Shown piece after piece: positions 9,582-19,255 of a stretch of 39,064 nt of DNA (its first letter is position 1; each line of letters begins with the position of its first letter). The notes beneath the pieces are model-generated. The model was not told where the DNA came from, searched no databases, and saw nothing but the letters and a program-made list of their open reading frames with translations. Origin of the DNA: Thermodesulfovibrionales bacterium (GTDB lineage Bacteria > Nitrospirota > Thermodesulfovibrionia > Thermodesulfovibrionales > UBA1546); assembly GCA_919901705.1 (NCBI GenBank), contig CAKKPR010000313.1:1-39064 (forward strand). The letters run 5' to 3'. A program made the translations under genes and the position numbers.

Positions 9582-9610
9582 CCAATTATAAAGTTGAACT
9601 TTATAATTGG
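9582..9610. promoter_or_regulatory. Perfect 14-bp-arm palindrome (operator or recombination-site candidate)
   Basis: ccaattataaagtt-g-aactttataattgg read directly; the arms are 9582-9595 and 9597-9610. Confidence 0.5.
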
Positions 9611-9672
9611 CACAGGACAAATTACCAATATTATACGAACTTAGCCTTTAGCCATTATTATCACAAAATACG

Positions 9673-9866
9673 AAATAGCATAAATTATCACCACCCCTAA
9701 AAGTTTTTACTCACTTTTCAAAAACTTCAAAATAGTGTAAGTTATTATCGGTAATCAACTATGGGGAAAGTCGAGTTTTATCTGACTAACATACAAATTC
9801 CGTTATTATCGGGGCGGTTTGCCTCTAATATCTGGCTGACTAACATCGGATTTCCGTTGTTAGTAC
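9673..9866. repeat. Cluster of imperfect direct repeats in an AT-rich non-coding region
   Basis: ctgactaacat-N-ttccgtt-N-tta occurs at 9782-9812 and 9836-9866. aaatagNNtaaNttat(t)atc occurs at 9673-9690 and 9730-9751. ttattatcgg occurs twice. There is an agttttt/aaaaact hairpin at 9702-9726. Confidence 0.55.
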
Positions 9867-9916
9867 CATTAATTATCTAATAACTGGTTAGCACAACAAT
9901 AATAAATGCATAAAAT

Positions 9917-10432
9917 ATGCACCTGAAAGCAACCATAAGAAAATGGCTGAAATTAATCGGCGGCGATTCACGCCAAGCAATTGTCGGGTATATTGTTGTT
10001 GCACTGATTCTTGCTAGTGGTGGCATACTCTCCCTATCCAAAACTGCGCTAAATATTTTCCTTCAGATAGTAAATATCCCGACGCCACTATGGGCAACCA
10101 CATTGCTTCTTCTCCTATGTGGTTTATATAGTTATTTAAAACAGCGTAAAAATCCTGAATCATATGAACCGCCAAATTATAAGTTGTGTTATTTCACTAT
10201 TGGTAATTACAAATGGGAAGTCAAAGTTTACAAAAGCGGGTATTTTAAGGTTAATGAATATCCTTTCTGTGTAAAGCATGACTTGCGCTTTATATTTGGC
10301 AGTAATGAAAAATACTGTCCCGGCACTGAAAATGAAAGATGCAATAATAATCTGCCCAAATATGATGAATTTAAGGTTTTTGAAGCAGCAAAGAGCATCA
10401 TCGAAAACAAAATTAGAAATAAGCAGTGCTAA
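9917..10432 (+). CDS. Hypothetical protein with two predicted hydrophobic segments and a Cys-containing C-terminal domain
   Basis: An ORF with an ATG start. Hydrophobic segments are AIVGYIVVALILASGGILSL and LWATTLLLLLCGLYSYL. The C-terminal domain has 5 Cys. It is visibly more AT-rich than its neighbours. I recognise no family. Confidence 0.5.
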   Translation: MHLKATIRKWLKLIGGDSRQAIVGYIVVALILASGGILSLSKTALNIFLQIVNIPTPLWATTLLLLLCGLYSYLKQRKNPESYEPPNYKLCYFTIGNYKWEVKVYKSGYFKVNEYPFCVKHDLRFIFGSNEKYCPGTENERCNNNLPKYDEFKVFEAAKSIIENKIRNKQC

Positions 10433-10749
10433 CAAAAAGGTCAAGGCGACAGAAAAAAATAAGTAGGGACAGCGACCGGTTTTTTCACATCCTTACGTTC
10501 CAACCCATAGACGACTCGCTTCACGCAAGATTCTGTCTTACTACACGTACTCGGCAAACAATACGGCTTTCTATAGCTGTTGACTTGCAGAAGAAGTATG
10601 CTTAAACGCTTGGAAATTAGAAAATAGGGTCAGCAACCATTTAATAAAGAATATCAAGGTATGAATGAAAACGCCCAGCCAGTCGCTCAAGAGAGACACG
10701 GCATAAAACAATCACGATACTCAACACCTCGTCAAATTAATTTTGTCGC

Positions 10750-10778
10750 TTGACAGCGGTTAGCATATTTGCTAACAT
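10750..10778 (+). promoter_or_regulatory. Promoter candidate with an operator palindrome in the spacer; predicts a leaderless or near-leaderless toxin-antitoxin mRNA
   Basis: TTGACA (10750-10755), 17-nt spacer, TAACAT (10773-10778). The palindrome gttagca-tatt-tgctaac is at 10759-10776. The ATG is at 10786. Confidence 0.45.
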
Positions 10779-10785
10779 TACTACA

Positions 10786-11115
10786 ATGAACTATACCATC
10801 GAGTATTTCCACGCTCGCGTCAAGGCCGAAATCGAAAGCTGGCCTGACGGCATATTGGCAGATTATGCACGGATAGTGGAACTACTGATGACGTTCGGCC
10901 CGAGCCTACGCATGCCGCACTCGCGTGCTCTGGGCAGCGGTCTTTTCGAGTTAAGGGCACGCGGTAGGGAAGGTATCGGGCGGGCGTTTTACTGTTTTGT
11001 CGTCGGTCAGCGCGTCGTGATACTCCACGCATTTGTGAAGAAAACACAAGATACCCCGGAGCAGGAGTTGAGAATTGCCCGGAAAAGGATGAAGGAGGTG
11101 CAGAAGAATGGCTGA
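10786..11115 (+). CDS. HigB-type toxin (RelE/ParE superfamily, phage Gp49-like/DUF891)
   Basis: MNYTIEYFHARVKAEIESWP...GLFELRARGREGIGRAFYCFVVGQRVVILHAFVKKTQ is typical of this family. I prefer the ATG at 10786 to the TTG at 10750. It overlaps the downstream HTH gene by 8 nt. Confidence 0.8.
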   Translation: MNYTIEYFHARVKAEIESWPDGILADYARIVELLMTFGPSLRMPHSRALGSGLFELRARGREGIGRAFYCFVVGQRVVILHAFVKKTQDTPEQELRIARKRMKEVQKNG

Positions 11116-11467
11116 TGTAAAATATAAACCGGTTTCCCATGACCATGAGGCTTTCCTCAAAAAAGCCTTAAAGCGGAAGGGATTCAGGAAAGCATACAAG
11201 GACTTGGAGGAAGAGTACACGCTTACCCGCGAAATGCTTACCGCTCGTTCCAATTTCGGCCTCACTCAGGAAGCGGTCGCGGAGTTGATGGGGACGACAA
11301 AAAGCGCGGTTTCACGTCTGGAGGCGGTGGGGAAGCATGCGCCATCCCTGACCACTCTCAAAAAATATGCTCAGGCGGTCGGCTGCCGCCTCGAAATCAA
11401 GCTGGTTCCGAATTCTCGCCTAACCAAGTGCTCAACACGGTCTGCCAAAAAACTGGCGACCGGTTAG
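11108..11467 (+). CDS. HTH (XRE-family) antitoxin, HigA-like
   Basis: HTH segment LTQEAVAELMGTTKSAVSRLE. The toxin-first gene order is typical of HigBA. Confidence 0.8.
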   Translation: MADVKYKPVSHDHEAFLKKALKRKGFRKAYKDLEEEYTLTREMLTARSNFGLTQEAVAELMGTTKSAVSRLEAVGKHAPSLTTLKKYAQAVGCRLEIKLVPNSRLTKCSTRSAKKLATG

Positions 11468-11549
11468 CTTGGCGTGGAATTCCGGGGACACTATACTTAA
11501 TTCCTGGCGCCGTAATTCATAATCCGCAGTATACCCGCAGCAAAAAATA

Positions 11550-11621
11550 CTATCCTATTTAAGAACCCTCAAAAAGTGCCTCAGGGATTGCCACGGGCTT
11601 TGCCCCCGCCTGAATGTCCAT
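11550..11621. repeat. Direct repeat copy A (partner at 13964-14035)
   Basis: ctatcctatt...ccctcaaaaagtgYctcagggattgccacgggctttg... aligns with the partner with about 7 mismatches over the first 59 nt. Similarity is weaker beyond that. Confidence 0.75.
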
Positions 11622-11758
11622 TACAAATAGAAAGGGATCAAGCAACCCATTCAACGTCCCTCAAGCAACAAAACCTTGAAAACCTTACAAGCCTTTTTAT
11701 ATCAACTCAAAAACCGGAATAAATTTTATTCGTGTCTACCTTATCCACTTCATAACAA

Positions 11759-13021
11759 TTATGCTTCTATACCAAAAAAGAACCCAAATGGCATCACAAG
11801 TGTATGTTTGTCCACCGCGACCATCTCTGTCCCGGGATAGAGGATGACCGACATTACATGCCTTCCCTTCAGGTCCCTGGCGCAGTCCTTAAGCCCTGAG
11901 CGGTCAATATCTTCCAGTTTGTGAGACCATTTGACCTCTATCGCCACGATCTTTTCTCCGTGCTCAATGATAAAATCAACTTCTTTCCCTGTATAGATGC
12001 GCCAGTAATAAAACTGATATCTCGCATCACCAAGCGCAATGAGTTTTTTCAGCTCAGAGGCCGCCCAGGTCTCCACCATGCTACCGGTTCTACCCTGCCG
12101 TTCAAGGGTCTGCCAGTCCTCTGCTGCTGAGAGGTGGCAGGCCATGCCGGTATCGCCAAAATAGAGCTTTGGCATCTTAATGAGCCTTTTGCCGATGTTC
12201 ACAAAATAGGGCCTTAGAAAATAAATCTGATATGTGACCTCAAGGATGTCCATATATCTCCTGAGTGTTGTAAACGGAAGCCCGAGTTCCCGTGATACCT
12301 CTGAAAAGTTGAGGACCTGCCCTGTCCTGAATGAAAGGAGGTTCAGTAGTCTGTTGAAATCAGGCAGATGTTGAATGGCTGCTATGTCCCGTATGTCTCT
12401 TTCTACATACGTCTGCCTGTATGAATCAAACCAGCGTCTCCGGGCCTTGGCAGAAGTCAACAAAGAAGGCGTGGGATAACCGCCTGCAATTATGAGCCCC
12501 TTTATTTCTTCCTTTCTATCGGGGAAAGAGTGTTTCTTCCATTTCTTGAGGAGCGCTGTTGCATCTCTTTCGCTGAAGAGGTCGGTCAGGATGGAGGAAA
12601 TCGCTTTTCCACGAATCTCAGACCACGTAAAAGGCTGCAACTCATGTAGCGCTACCCTGCCGGCAAGGGTCTCGGAGACCTTTGCAATGGTCATCAGGTT
12701 GGCGGAGCCTGTGAGGAGATATTGACCCGGCTTACGGTTCTTGTCCACTATGACCTTTATGGCGCGCATGAGGTCAGGAGCCCTCTGGACTTCGTCGATT
12801 ATCGCAGGGACAGGCGTGCCGCTTATGAAGCCGTCAGGGTCTTTCAGGGCAGCGTCAAGGACAACGCGGTTATCAAGCGTGTAGCAGGCAGCGCTCCATC
12901 CAACTCCGGATAATTCCTGAGCCAGGGTGGACTTGCCGACCTGTCTTGCCCCGGTAAGGAGAACAACAGGGAAGTGTTTCAGGGAATCAACTATATCCAA
13001 AGAGAGGTGCCGTTTTATCAC
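11759..13021 (-). CDS. AAA-superfamily ATPase with C-terminal DUF4143-type domain
   Basis: Walker A in LLTGARQVGKSTL. Overall layout matches AAA_14 plus DUF4143 proteins. Confidence 0.85.
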   Translation of the reverse strand: MIKRHLSLDIVDSLKHFPVVLLTGARQVGKSTLAQELSGVGWSAACYTLDNRVVLDAALKDPDGFISGTPVPAIIDEVQRAPDLMRAIKVIVDKNRKPGQYLLTGSANLMTIAKVSETLAGRVALHELQPFTWSEIRGKAISSILTDLFSERDATALLKKWKKHSFPDRKEEIKGLIIAGGYPTPSLLTSAKARRRWFDSYRQTYVERDIRDIAAIQHLPDFNRLLNLLSFRTGQVLNFSEVSRELGLPFTTLRRYMDILEVTYQIYFLRPYFVNIGKRLIKMPKLYFGDTGMACHLSAAEDWQTLERQGRTGSMVETWAASELKKLIALGDARYQFYYWRIYTGKEVDFIIEHGEKIVAIEVKWSHKLEDIDRSGLKDCARDLKGRHVMSVILYPGTEMVAVDKHTLVMPFGFFFGIEA

Positions 13022-13170
13022 GGTTACAATTTAACCATTTAGTGGTGAAATTGTCAATATAAAAATGATTATAAAGACTACGTTTGCTCTGGCTTCATGG
13101 GCAGCCTTGTTTCGGATTTGCCTGATTTAAAAGGGGTTTTGTGTCTCCGTGGCTTTATTGACATAATCGT

Positions 13171-13611
13171 CTAAAGACAGTTCTCGTAACTCCGAAGCTC
13201 GGAAAAGTATTTCCTGTAGATGCCTCTATCTCTTGTTATAATTGCATCACACTTTGTCAGCGCATAACCTCCGATATAAAAGTCCGACAAAACATGTTCT
13301 TTCATATCCAATAGTTGCCCGCACTGAGGACATTGAATCCTGGACTTTCTTTTTAAATATTTCATCCATCTCTGACCTGCTGTTGTAACTGACTCTATAT
13401 CCAGAGGTTCAATATTTATTCTGTGCTCCTTTAAAAAAGAGTTTAAGAGTTTAATATCAGCGTTAAATTGGGGCATAAGCTCTGCATAGATAACAGATGG
13501 AGCGAGAAGGGCTTCATTTTTTTTAATCGCTGCGTATAGACTTTCCTGACAATCCCGGAACTCATCCTTCAAGACATCAATCAGGATTGTAGTATCCACA
13601 CAAACCTTCAA
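13171..13611 (-). CDS. vapC: PIN-domain toxin VapC
   Basis: MKVCVDTTILIDVL N-terminal acidic PIN motif and a C-terminal ITRD motif. Its start overlaps the upstream antitoxin stop by 4 nt. Confidence 0.85.
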   Translation of the reverse strand: MKVCVDTTILIDVLKDEFRDCQESLYAAIKKNEALLAPSVIYAELMPQFNADIKLLNSFLKEHRINIEPLDIESVTTAGQRWMKYLKRKSRIQCPQCGQLLDMKEHVLSDFYIGGYALTKCDAIITRDRGIYRKYFSELRSYENCL

Positions 13612-13829
13612 GAGACCTTCCCCCTGACTTCATTTATGTATTCATCAGTCGTTTTACTGTTTTTGAATCTCCCACGCCACCTTTTTTTTAATTCATTAAT
13701 AGGCTCCAGGACAAGGATATACTTATCTCCTTTTCTGGCTATGTCAACTTCAGTTCCAGGGGTAATTTTGAGTTCTCTTCTGACTTCTCTTGGAATTGTG
13801 AGCTGATACTTTGCGGTAACCCTCGACAT
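13608..13829 (-). CDS. vapB: AbrB/MazE/SpoVT-fold antitoxin VapB
   Basis: MSRVTAKYQLTIPREVRRELKITPGTEVDI swapped-hairpin motif. I prefer the ATG at 13829, which is preceded by GGAGGTGA, to the track start at 13844. Confidence 0.8.
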   Translation of the reverse strand: MSRVTAKYQLTIPREVRRELKITPGTEVDIARKGDKYILVLEPINELKKRWRGRFKNSKTTDEYINEVRGKVS

Positions 13830-13847
13830 CTTAATCACCTCCATTGC

Positions 13848-13877
13848 GGTATACTATTAATCATAAAACAGTATACC
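13848..13877 (-). promoter_or_regulatory. Inverted repeat upstream of vapB (autoregulation operator candidate)
   Basis: ggtatact (13848-13855) and agtatacc (13870-13877), separated by a 14-nt AT-rich spacer. Confidence 0.5.
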
Positions 13878-13963
13878 CTCTTTGCATCTCCTCTGTCAAA
13901 CATCCTGCATCGGCTTAGTAACCCATGAGGGATCGCGAGCCTGTCCCTCAATTTCTAGAATTA

Positions 13964-14035
13964 CTATCCTATTCGAAAGCCCTCAAAAAGTGTCTCAGGG
14001 ATTGCCACGGGCTTTGTCCTCGCAATGACATCAAA
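13964..14035. repeat. Direct repeat copy B (partner at 11550-11621)
   Basis: See copy A. Together the two copies bracket the ATPase plus VapBC block. Confidence 0.75.
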
Positions 14036-14072
14036 ATGCTGTGCAGGTGAAATATTTTTTCAGGGAGGGGGA

Positions 14073-14098
14073 GGGGCTTCCAGGGGGGTGGAAGCCCC
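14073..14098 (-). terminator. 10-bp hairpin just downstream of ftsZ
   Basis: ggggcttcca (14073-14082) pairs with tggaagcccc (14089-14098) across a gggggg loop. It lies 19 nt after the ftsZ stop. There is no clean U-tract. Confidence 0.4.
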
Positions 14099-14116
14099 TT
14101 GTGGGGGGAAACAACT

Positions 14117-15277
14117 TTATAAACTACGCTGTGAAGCCTTTCTCATAAACGTCGGGATATCCAGCGGGTCTTCATACGGCATCAGGTCGCTGGCTGCTGC
14201 CGGGGCCACTGCGTACTCAGGCTTGAGATTTTTCGCAAGGATCCTGTCTGAGCCTTTAAATGTTATTGGCTCTTTTACAGGCATCCACTTCTTAATCTGC
14301 GGCAGCTCGACCTTTTCTTTCTTTTCCTCAAAGCCTGTTGCAATCACGGTAACCCTGACCTCGTCTTCAATATCAGGATTAATGACCGCGCCGAAAATTA
14401 TGTTCGCTTCATCATCTGCCATGTCATATATAAATGCAGCTGCCTCCTGAACAGAGCTTTGTGAAAGTTCAAGGCCGCCGGTAATATTGATAAGCATTTT
14501 CTTTGCGCCCTCAATGGAGGAATTTTCAAGTAGTGGATTTGAGATAGCCTTCTTGGCTGCCTCCAGAGCGCCATTTTCTCCTCTGCCAAGGCCCACTCCC
14601 ATGACAGCCCTTCCGGCATCTGCCATTATGGTCTTTATATCCGCAAAATCGAGGTTTATAAGGCCGGGGATAAAGATCAAATCCGATATGCCCTGAACAG
14701 CCTGCCTCAGCACATCGTTTGCCACGGCAAAGGACTTGAGCATCGGTGTGCCTTTTTCAACAACAAGGCCTATCCTGTCATTGGGTATAACAATCAAGGC
14801 ATCAACATATTTCTGAAGTTCTTTCATGCCAATATCCGCATTGATAGCCCTTTTTCTTCCTTCATAGAAAAATGGTTTTGTTACAATAGCGACTGTCAGA
14901 GCGCCAAGCTCCCTTGCAATGCCTGCGACAACCGGTGATGCTCCGGTGCCGGTGCCTCCGCCCATGCCTGCTGTTATAAAGACCATATCAGAACCCCTGA
15001 GGCATTCGGCAATAGCTTCTTTGTCTTCCAAGGCCGCCTCTTTTCCGATTTCGGGATTCGAGCCTGCTCCAAGGCCTTTTGTCAACTCCAGCCCTATCTG
15101 CACCTTTATTGGAGCAAGTGAAGTTTCAAGAACCTGGCTGTCTGTATTCACTGCTATAAATTCAACACCATGGAGATTAGAGGCTATCATGTTGTTAACG
15201 GCATTCCCTCCGGCGCCTCCAAGCCCTATAACCTTTATACTTGCTCCCTGCCCTCTTACTTCTTCCATTTCAAACAT
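14117..15277 (-). CDS. ftsZ: Cell division GTPase FtsZ
   Basis: GLGGAGGNAVN and GGGTGTGASPV tubulin signatures. C-terminal DIPTFMRK peptide. Confidence 0.97.
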   Translation of the reverse strand: MFEMEEVRGQGASIKVIGLGGAGGNAVNNMIASNLHGVEFIAVNTDSQVLETSLAPIKVQIGLELTKGLGAGSNPEIGKEAALEDKEAIAECLRGSDMVFITAGMGGGTGTGASPVVAGIARELGALTVAIVTKPFFYEGRKRAINADIGMKELQKYVDALIVIPNDRIGLVVEKGTPMLKSFAVANDVLRQAVQGISDLIFIPGLINLDFADIKTIMADAGRAVMGVGLGRGENGALEAAKKAISNPLLENSSIEGAKKMLINITGGLELSQSSVQEAAAFIYDMADDEANIIFGAVINPDIEDEVRVTVIATGFEEKKEKVELPQIKKWMPVKEPITFKGSDRILAKNLKPEYAVAPAAASDLMPYEDPLDIPTFMRKASQRSL

Positions 15278-15304
15278 AAAGCACCCCCTTTTTTATTTTT
15301 TACT

Positions 15305-16594
15305 TTAAACCCTCTGCTTCATAGTTACTGTTTTCCCTCTTAAATCATGCCCGTTAACTCCAAACAGATTCCCTACCCATTCCTTCATCCTGTCGAATAT
15401 CCCGTTAAACAAGTCTCCATAAAAAACCCTCTCGCTTCCGTTCATGGAGCCATGGAGAATAAGCCCTATGCCTGTTGAATACATTGGATTGTTCAAATTA
15501 TTCTCTCCGCCTGAGGCAGGCGGGATATAATTAGCCCTTATCCCTTCCGGCATTCCTATCCTTACCGAAAGTCCCAGATCTGCCTCCACCAGCCGGTCAA
15601 GCCCTTCAAGCAAAGAGGCGCCTCCAGTCAATACAGCCCCTGAAAGGCCAAGTTCTTTAGCTGAGACGCTTTCTATTTCCCTCTTTATAAGTTCCGTCAG
15701 TTCCTCACACCTTGGCTGTATAATTTCAGCAATATATTTTCTTGGAATCTTCCTCACCTGTTTGTCTGCTCCTGTAACGTCCATCTCCGCTGTTCCGTCA
15801 ACCATGCTTGTTATTGCACACCCGTATTTTTTCTTGACCCTCTCCGCTTCCAGCACAGGGATCCTCAGGCCGATACCAATGTCGCTTGTGAAATGATTGC
15901 CTCCTAGCGCAAGAACCGCAGTATGCCTCAGGCTTCCGTCCCTGTATATGGCAATGTCTGTTGTGCCTCCTCCGATGTCAATCAGGGCAACACCAAGGTC
16001 TTTCTCGTCGTCTGTAAGCACTGCCTCTGCAGATGCAATGGGCTCAAGCACAATATCAATAACTTCAAGCCCTGCCCTTTCACAGCATTTGAGCAGGTTC
16101 TGCACAGACGATACAGCTCCTGTAACTATATGCACCTTTACCTCAAGCCTTACGCCTGACATGCCCACAGGGTCTTTTATCCCGTCCTGGCCATCGAGCA
16201 TGAACTCGGTAGGGATTACATGAAGAACTTCCCTGTCTAATGGAACATATACAACGCTTGCGGAATCTATGGCGCGTTCAACATCCTGGGGCCTGACCTC
16301 CTTCCCCCTGATGCCTACCGCTCCATAACTCTCAAAACCCTTTATGTGTCTCCCGGCAATCCCGACATAAACAGACCTTATCTCAACTCCTGCTGTTGTT
16401 TCAGCCATTGCCACTGCCTTTTTTATTGAGTCAACTGTAGACTCTATGTTTATCACAACTCCTTTTCTCAGGCCTGTTGAAGGCGCTGATCCCATCCCGA
16501 GTATGTTAATTTTATTGTCCAGCACCTCGGCTACAAGGGCGCATATCTTTGTTGTGCCGACGTCAAGCCCTGTGATAATGTTGCCCCTTCTCAT
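15305..16594 (-). CDS. ftsA: Cell division protein FtsA
   Basis: Actin-fold motifs GLDVGTTKICALV and DIGGGTTDIAI. Position between ftsQ and ftsZ. Confidence 0.95.
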   Translation of the reverse strand: MRRGNIITGLDVGTTKICALVAEVLDNKINILGMGSAPSTGLRKGVVINIESTVDSIKKAVAMAETTAGVEIRSVYVGIAGRHIKGFESYGAVGIRGKEVRPQDVERAIDSASVVYVPLDREVLHVIPTEFMLDGQDGIKDPVGMSGVRLEVKVHIVTGAVSSVQNLLKCCERAGLEVIDIVLEPIASAEAVLTDDEKDLGVALIDIGGGTTDIAIYRDGSLRHTAVLALGGNHFTSDIGIGLRIPVLEAERVKKKYGCAITSMVDGTAEMDVTGADKQVRKIPRKYIAEIIQPRCEELTELIKREIESVSAKELGLSGAVLTGGASLLEGLDRLVEADLGLSVRIGMPEGIRANYIPPASGGENNLNNPMYSTGIGLILHGSMNGSERVFYGDLFNGIFDRMKEWVGNLFGVNGHDLRGKTVTMKQRV

Positions 16595-17367
16595 CTTATG
16601 ACCTCACTTATTGGTTTAACGACAACCCTGTTGGCAAACCTGAGGTCAATATAATCAACAGGGATGCCTCTCTTTCTTATCTCATCTTCGAGTTCAATAA
16701 GCCTTCCGAGCTTTTCCTCGTATTCTCCATACCCGACTTTTACCAGCGTGCCGTCAACCTGCATGGAGATATCTTCAGACCCTGCGCCCTTTGGCATAAT
16801 GACCTCCACACGGCCCTTCATATTGATAAAACCCTTCCCCTTCATCGCCTTTACGAGATTCAATGCCTCTGAAAAGGTCTCGCTGTTTTTAAAGGGATCT
16901 CCTGAGATTACCGGCAGGAAAGGAACTGAACCGCCTTTTATCTCCTCCAGCAGATTGCCCCTGTCATCAACAAAGAATGTGCGGCCGTTCATTTCGAGAA
17001 GGGCATAGGGCGCAGACTCTTCTATCCTGACCAGAAGCCTATGGGGAAAATCTTTTCTGAAACTGACAGACCTGACCCATGCAGATTTCAAAAGTTTTGC
17101 CGAAAGGTCCCTGCTCGATATTCCTATCAGCCCCTCATTTTCTTTAAGCCCCATTATTGCCTTTAGTTCATTGTCTGTAAGATGTTTGTTACCTGAAAAA
17201 ATAATCTCTTTCACCGGGAACATTGTATGGCTTACAACATTAAATACATACCTTCCGCCGAAATATATGCCTCCAACCAATAAAATCAGCATTCCCAGCT
17301 TCAACGGCCAGCGCCTCTTTCCTGTCTTCTGTGCTGATGATTGTTTATTTATCTTTTTTGTTCTCAT
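16591..17367 (-). CDS. ftsQ: Cell division protein FtsQ
   Basis: Single N-terminal predicted TM segment followed by POTRA-like and FtsQ-type domains. Conserved dcw position with 4-nt overlaps on both sides. Confidence 0.85.
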   Translation of the reverse strand: MRTKKINKQSSAQKTGKRRWPLKLGMLILLVGGIYFGGRYVFNVVSHTMFPVKEIIFSGNKHLTDNELKAIMGLKENEGLIGISSRDLSAKLLKSAWVRSVSFRKDFPHRLLVRIEESAPYALLEMNGRTFFVDDRGNLLEEIKGGSVPFLPVISGDPFKNSETFSEALNLVKAMKGKGFINMKGRVEVIMPKGAGSEDISMQVDGTLVKVGYGEYEEKLGRLIELEDEIRKRGIPVDYIDLRFANRVVVKPISEVIR

Positions 17368-18314
17368 ATCTTTGTCCTGCTGTCTCTGTTAATCGCATCT
17401 TTAAGCATCTCCTCTATGAGCATCGGGAAATCGAGGCCTGCCAGCCTTGCAATCTTCGGGAGAAGGCTCGTCTCGGTCATACCTGGAATGGTATTCACCT
17501 CAAGGACATAAGGGTTTCCACTCTTGCCTATAATCAGGTCAACCCTTGTCGCGCCGCTGCAGCCCAGAGCTTTATGAGAAGAGAGAGCAACATCTTTTGC
17601 CTTCTTGTAGGTCCTTTCGCTTATCCCAGGAGGAAGGATATATTCAGTAAGCCCCGGAGTATACTTTGCCTCATAGTTATAAAACTCAAGAGACGGCCTG
17701 ACCTCAACTCCGCCCAGGCTCTTATCATTAAGGATTCCTATCTGGACCTCTTTGCCCTTGATATATTTCTCCACGATTATCTCCCTGCCATACTCAAAAC
17801 ATTTCTCAAGGGCAGCCTTGACCTGTTTTTTGTTTTTAATAATACTCACGCCCACACTTGAACCCTCGGATGCAGGCTTTACAACCCAGGGCAGGCTGAA
17901 ACCAACAGCTGAGAGCTGAGAGCTGAGAGCTTTTCTGCTGATAACTGCAAAAGGAGGAACAGGGATTTTGTGATAGAGAAATATTTTTTTGGATGCCTCT
18001 TTGTTCATTGCAAGCGCAGACGCAAGCACGCCGGAGCCTGTATATGGAATGCCCATCACATCCAGAAGCCCCTGTATTGAACCATCCTCGCCCCAGCCTC
18101 CGTGAAGAACAAGAAACGCCATCTCAATGCGCTCTCTTTTTAACTCCTCGCACACATTTGATGAAACATCCATTGAAACAACGTTGTATCCGAGATTTTT
18201 CAGGGCATTAAAAACAGCCTTCCCGCTTCTGAGAGAAACCTCCCTCTCAGCTGACACACCGCCCATCAGGACCCCTATTTTTTTATTTGTTAACAAAATA
18301 TCCCTCGCATTCAT
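17364..18314 (-). CDS. ddl: D-alanine--D-alanine ligase
   Basis: Motifs [30 protein letters not shown] and EVNTIPGMT. Confidence 0.95.
   Translation of the reverse strand: MNARDILLTNKKIGVLMGGVSAEREVSLRSGKAVFNALKNLGYNVVSMDVSSNVCEELKRERIEMAFLVLHGGWGEDGSIQGLLDVMGIPYTGSGVLASALAMNKEASKKIFLYHKIPVPPFAVISRKALSSQLSAVGFSLPWVVKPASEGSSVGVSIIKNKKQVKAALEKCFEYGREIIVEKYIKGKEVQIGILNDKSLGGVEVRPSLEFYNYEAKYTPGLTEYILPPGISERTYKKAKDVALSSHKALGCSGATRVDLIIGKSGNPYVLEVNTIPGMTETSLLPKIARLAGLDFPMLIEEMLKDAINRDSRTKI
17907..17927. repeat. Tandem heptamer agctgag x3 inside ddl
   Basis: Read directly. The 21 nt encode part of [10 protein letters not shown]. Confidence 0.9.
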
Positions 18315-19255
18315 TCTCTCCCCACAATCTTTATCTCAGTCTCAAGCTCCACACCAAAGGTTGCCAGCACCTTGGCCCTCACCGCATCCATAAGCTTTAT
18401 AAAATCAGCTGCGCTTGCATTGCCTTTATTAATCAAAAAATTGGCATGAACAGCGCTAACCTCTGCATCTCCAATCCTCATCCCCTTGCACCCTGCTTCA
18501 TCTATCAATTTCCCGGCCGACGTGCCCTCAGGATTCTTGAACACGCATCCTGCCGACAGCTCGGATAAGGGCTGCCTCTCCCGTTTTTCCTTTAGAAAAC
18601 CTTCGCCCCTCTTTGCAATGTCTTCTTTTATATCTTTTCTCAGTCTTATGTTAGCGCTCAGCATGATAGAGCCTGCCGGTATATTTGACTTCCTGTATTC
18701 AAGTCCGAGTTCTTCAGCGCCCAGTTTGGCAAGCCTGCCGTCAGCGTGCATCACTGTGGCCGAAACAATCACGTTCTTCATTGAATAACCGTATGCCCCT
18801 GCATTGCCGGCAATTGCGCCGCCGGCAGAACCAGGTATTCCAACAAGCCCTTCAAGGCCGGAGAATCCATTTTCCCTTGCAAAGCTCACAAGCTTCTGTA
18901 AAGGCACTCCTGATTCCACAAAAAGCGAGACCAGATCCTTTGCGTCGTCTACAATCTCAATGCGTCTGCAATCCCTGAGAGAAACCACCACACCTTCTAT
19001 GCCCCCATCCCTTACAAGAAGGTTAGTGCCTCCTCCAACCGGCATAAACGGAATATTTTTCTTTTTTAATGCAACAATACTATTTTTCAGAGAAATCACT
19101 TCCTGCGGAAATACAAAAACGTCGGCAGGGCCTCCTATTTTGAGTGACGTATGCCTCTTCATCATTTCCCCGAACATAACCTCTCCTGAAAAACTGTCAG
19201 GAGAGATTATCTCCTGCCATAAATGCTCGTCTGCAATGATTGACATTTTATCCAC
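18311..19255 (-). CDS. murB: UDP-N-acetylenolpyruvoylglucosamine reductase
   Basis: MurB FAD-binding motif [14 protein letters not shown], plus GGGTNLLV and a C-terminal MurB domain. Confidence 0.93.
   Translation of the reverse strand: MDKMSIIADEHLWQEIISPDSFSGEVMFGEMMKRHTSLKIGGPADVFVFPQEVISLKNSIVALKKKNIPFMPVGGGTNLLVRDGGIEGVVVSLRDCRRIEIVDDAKDLVSLFVESGVPLQKLVSFARENGFSGLEGLVGIPGSAGGAIAGNAGAYGYSMKNVIVSATVMHADGRLAKLGAEELGLEYRKSNIPAGSIMLSANIRLRKDIKEDIAKRGEGFLKEKRERQPLSELSAGCVFKNPEGTSAGKLIDEAGCKGMRIGDAEVSAVHANFLINKGNASAADFIKLMDAVRAKVLATFGVELETEIKIVGRE

Noticed and set aside
10464-10638. Recurring tagggNcagcNacc motif (10464-10477, 10625-10638, and a looser copy near 11633).
   Set aside because: It is only ~14 nt with mismatches, with no associated structure. 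I cannot separate it from chance without genome-wide counts.
13171-13611. Zinc-ribbon insertion in VapC (RIQCPQCGQ).
   Set aside because: Only one CxxC pair is present in that segment, and a four-ligand site cannot be supported from the sequence alone.
9457-14116. tRNA gene or integrase marking an integration site for either island.
   Set aside because: Reading both strands of the intergenic regions gave no tRNA-like T-arm or acceptor pattern. No recombinase-like ORF is present in the window.
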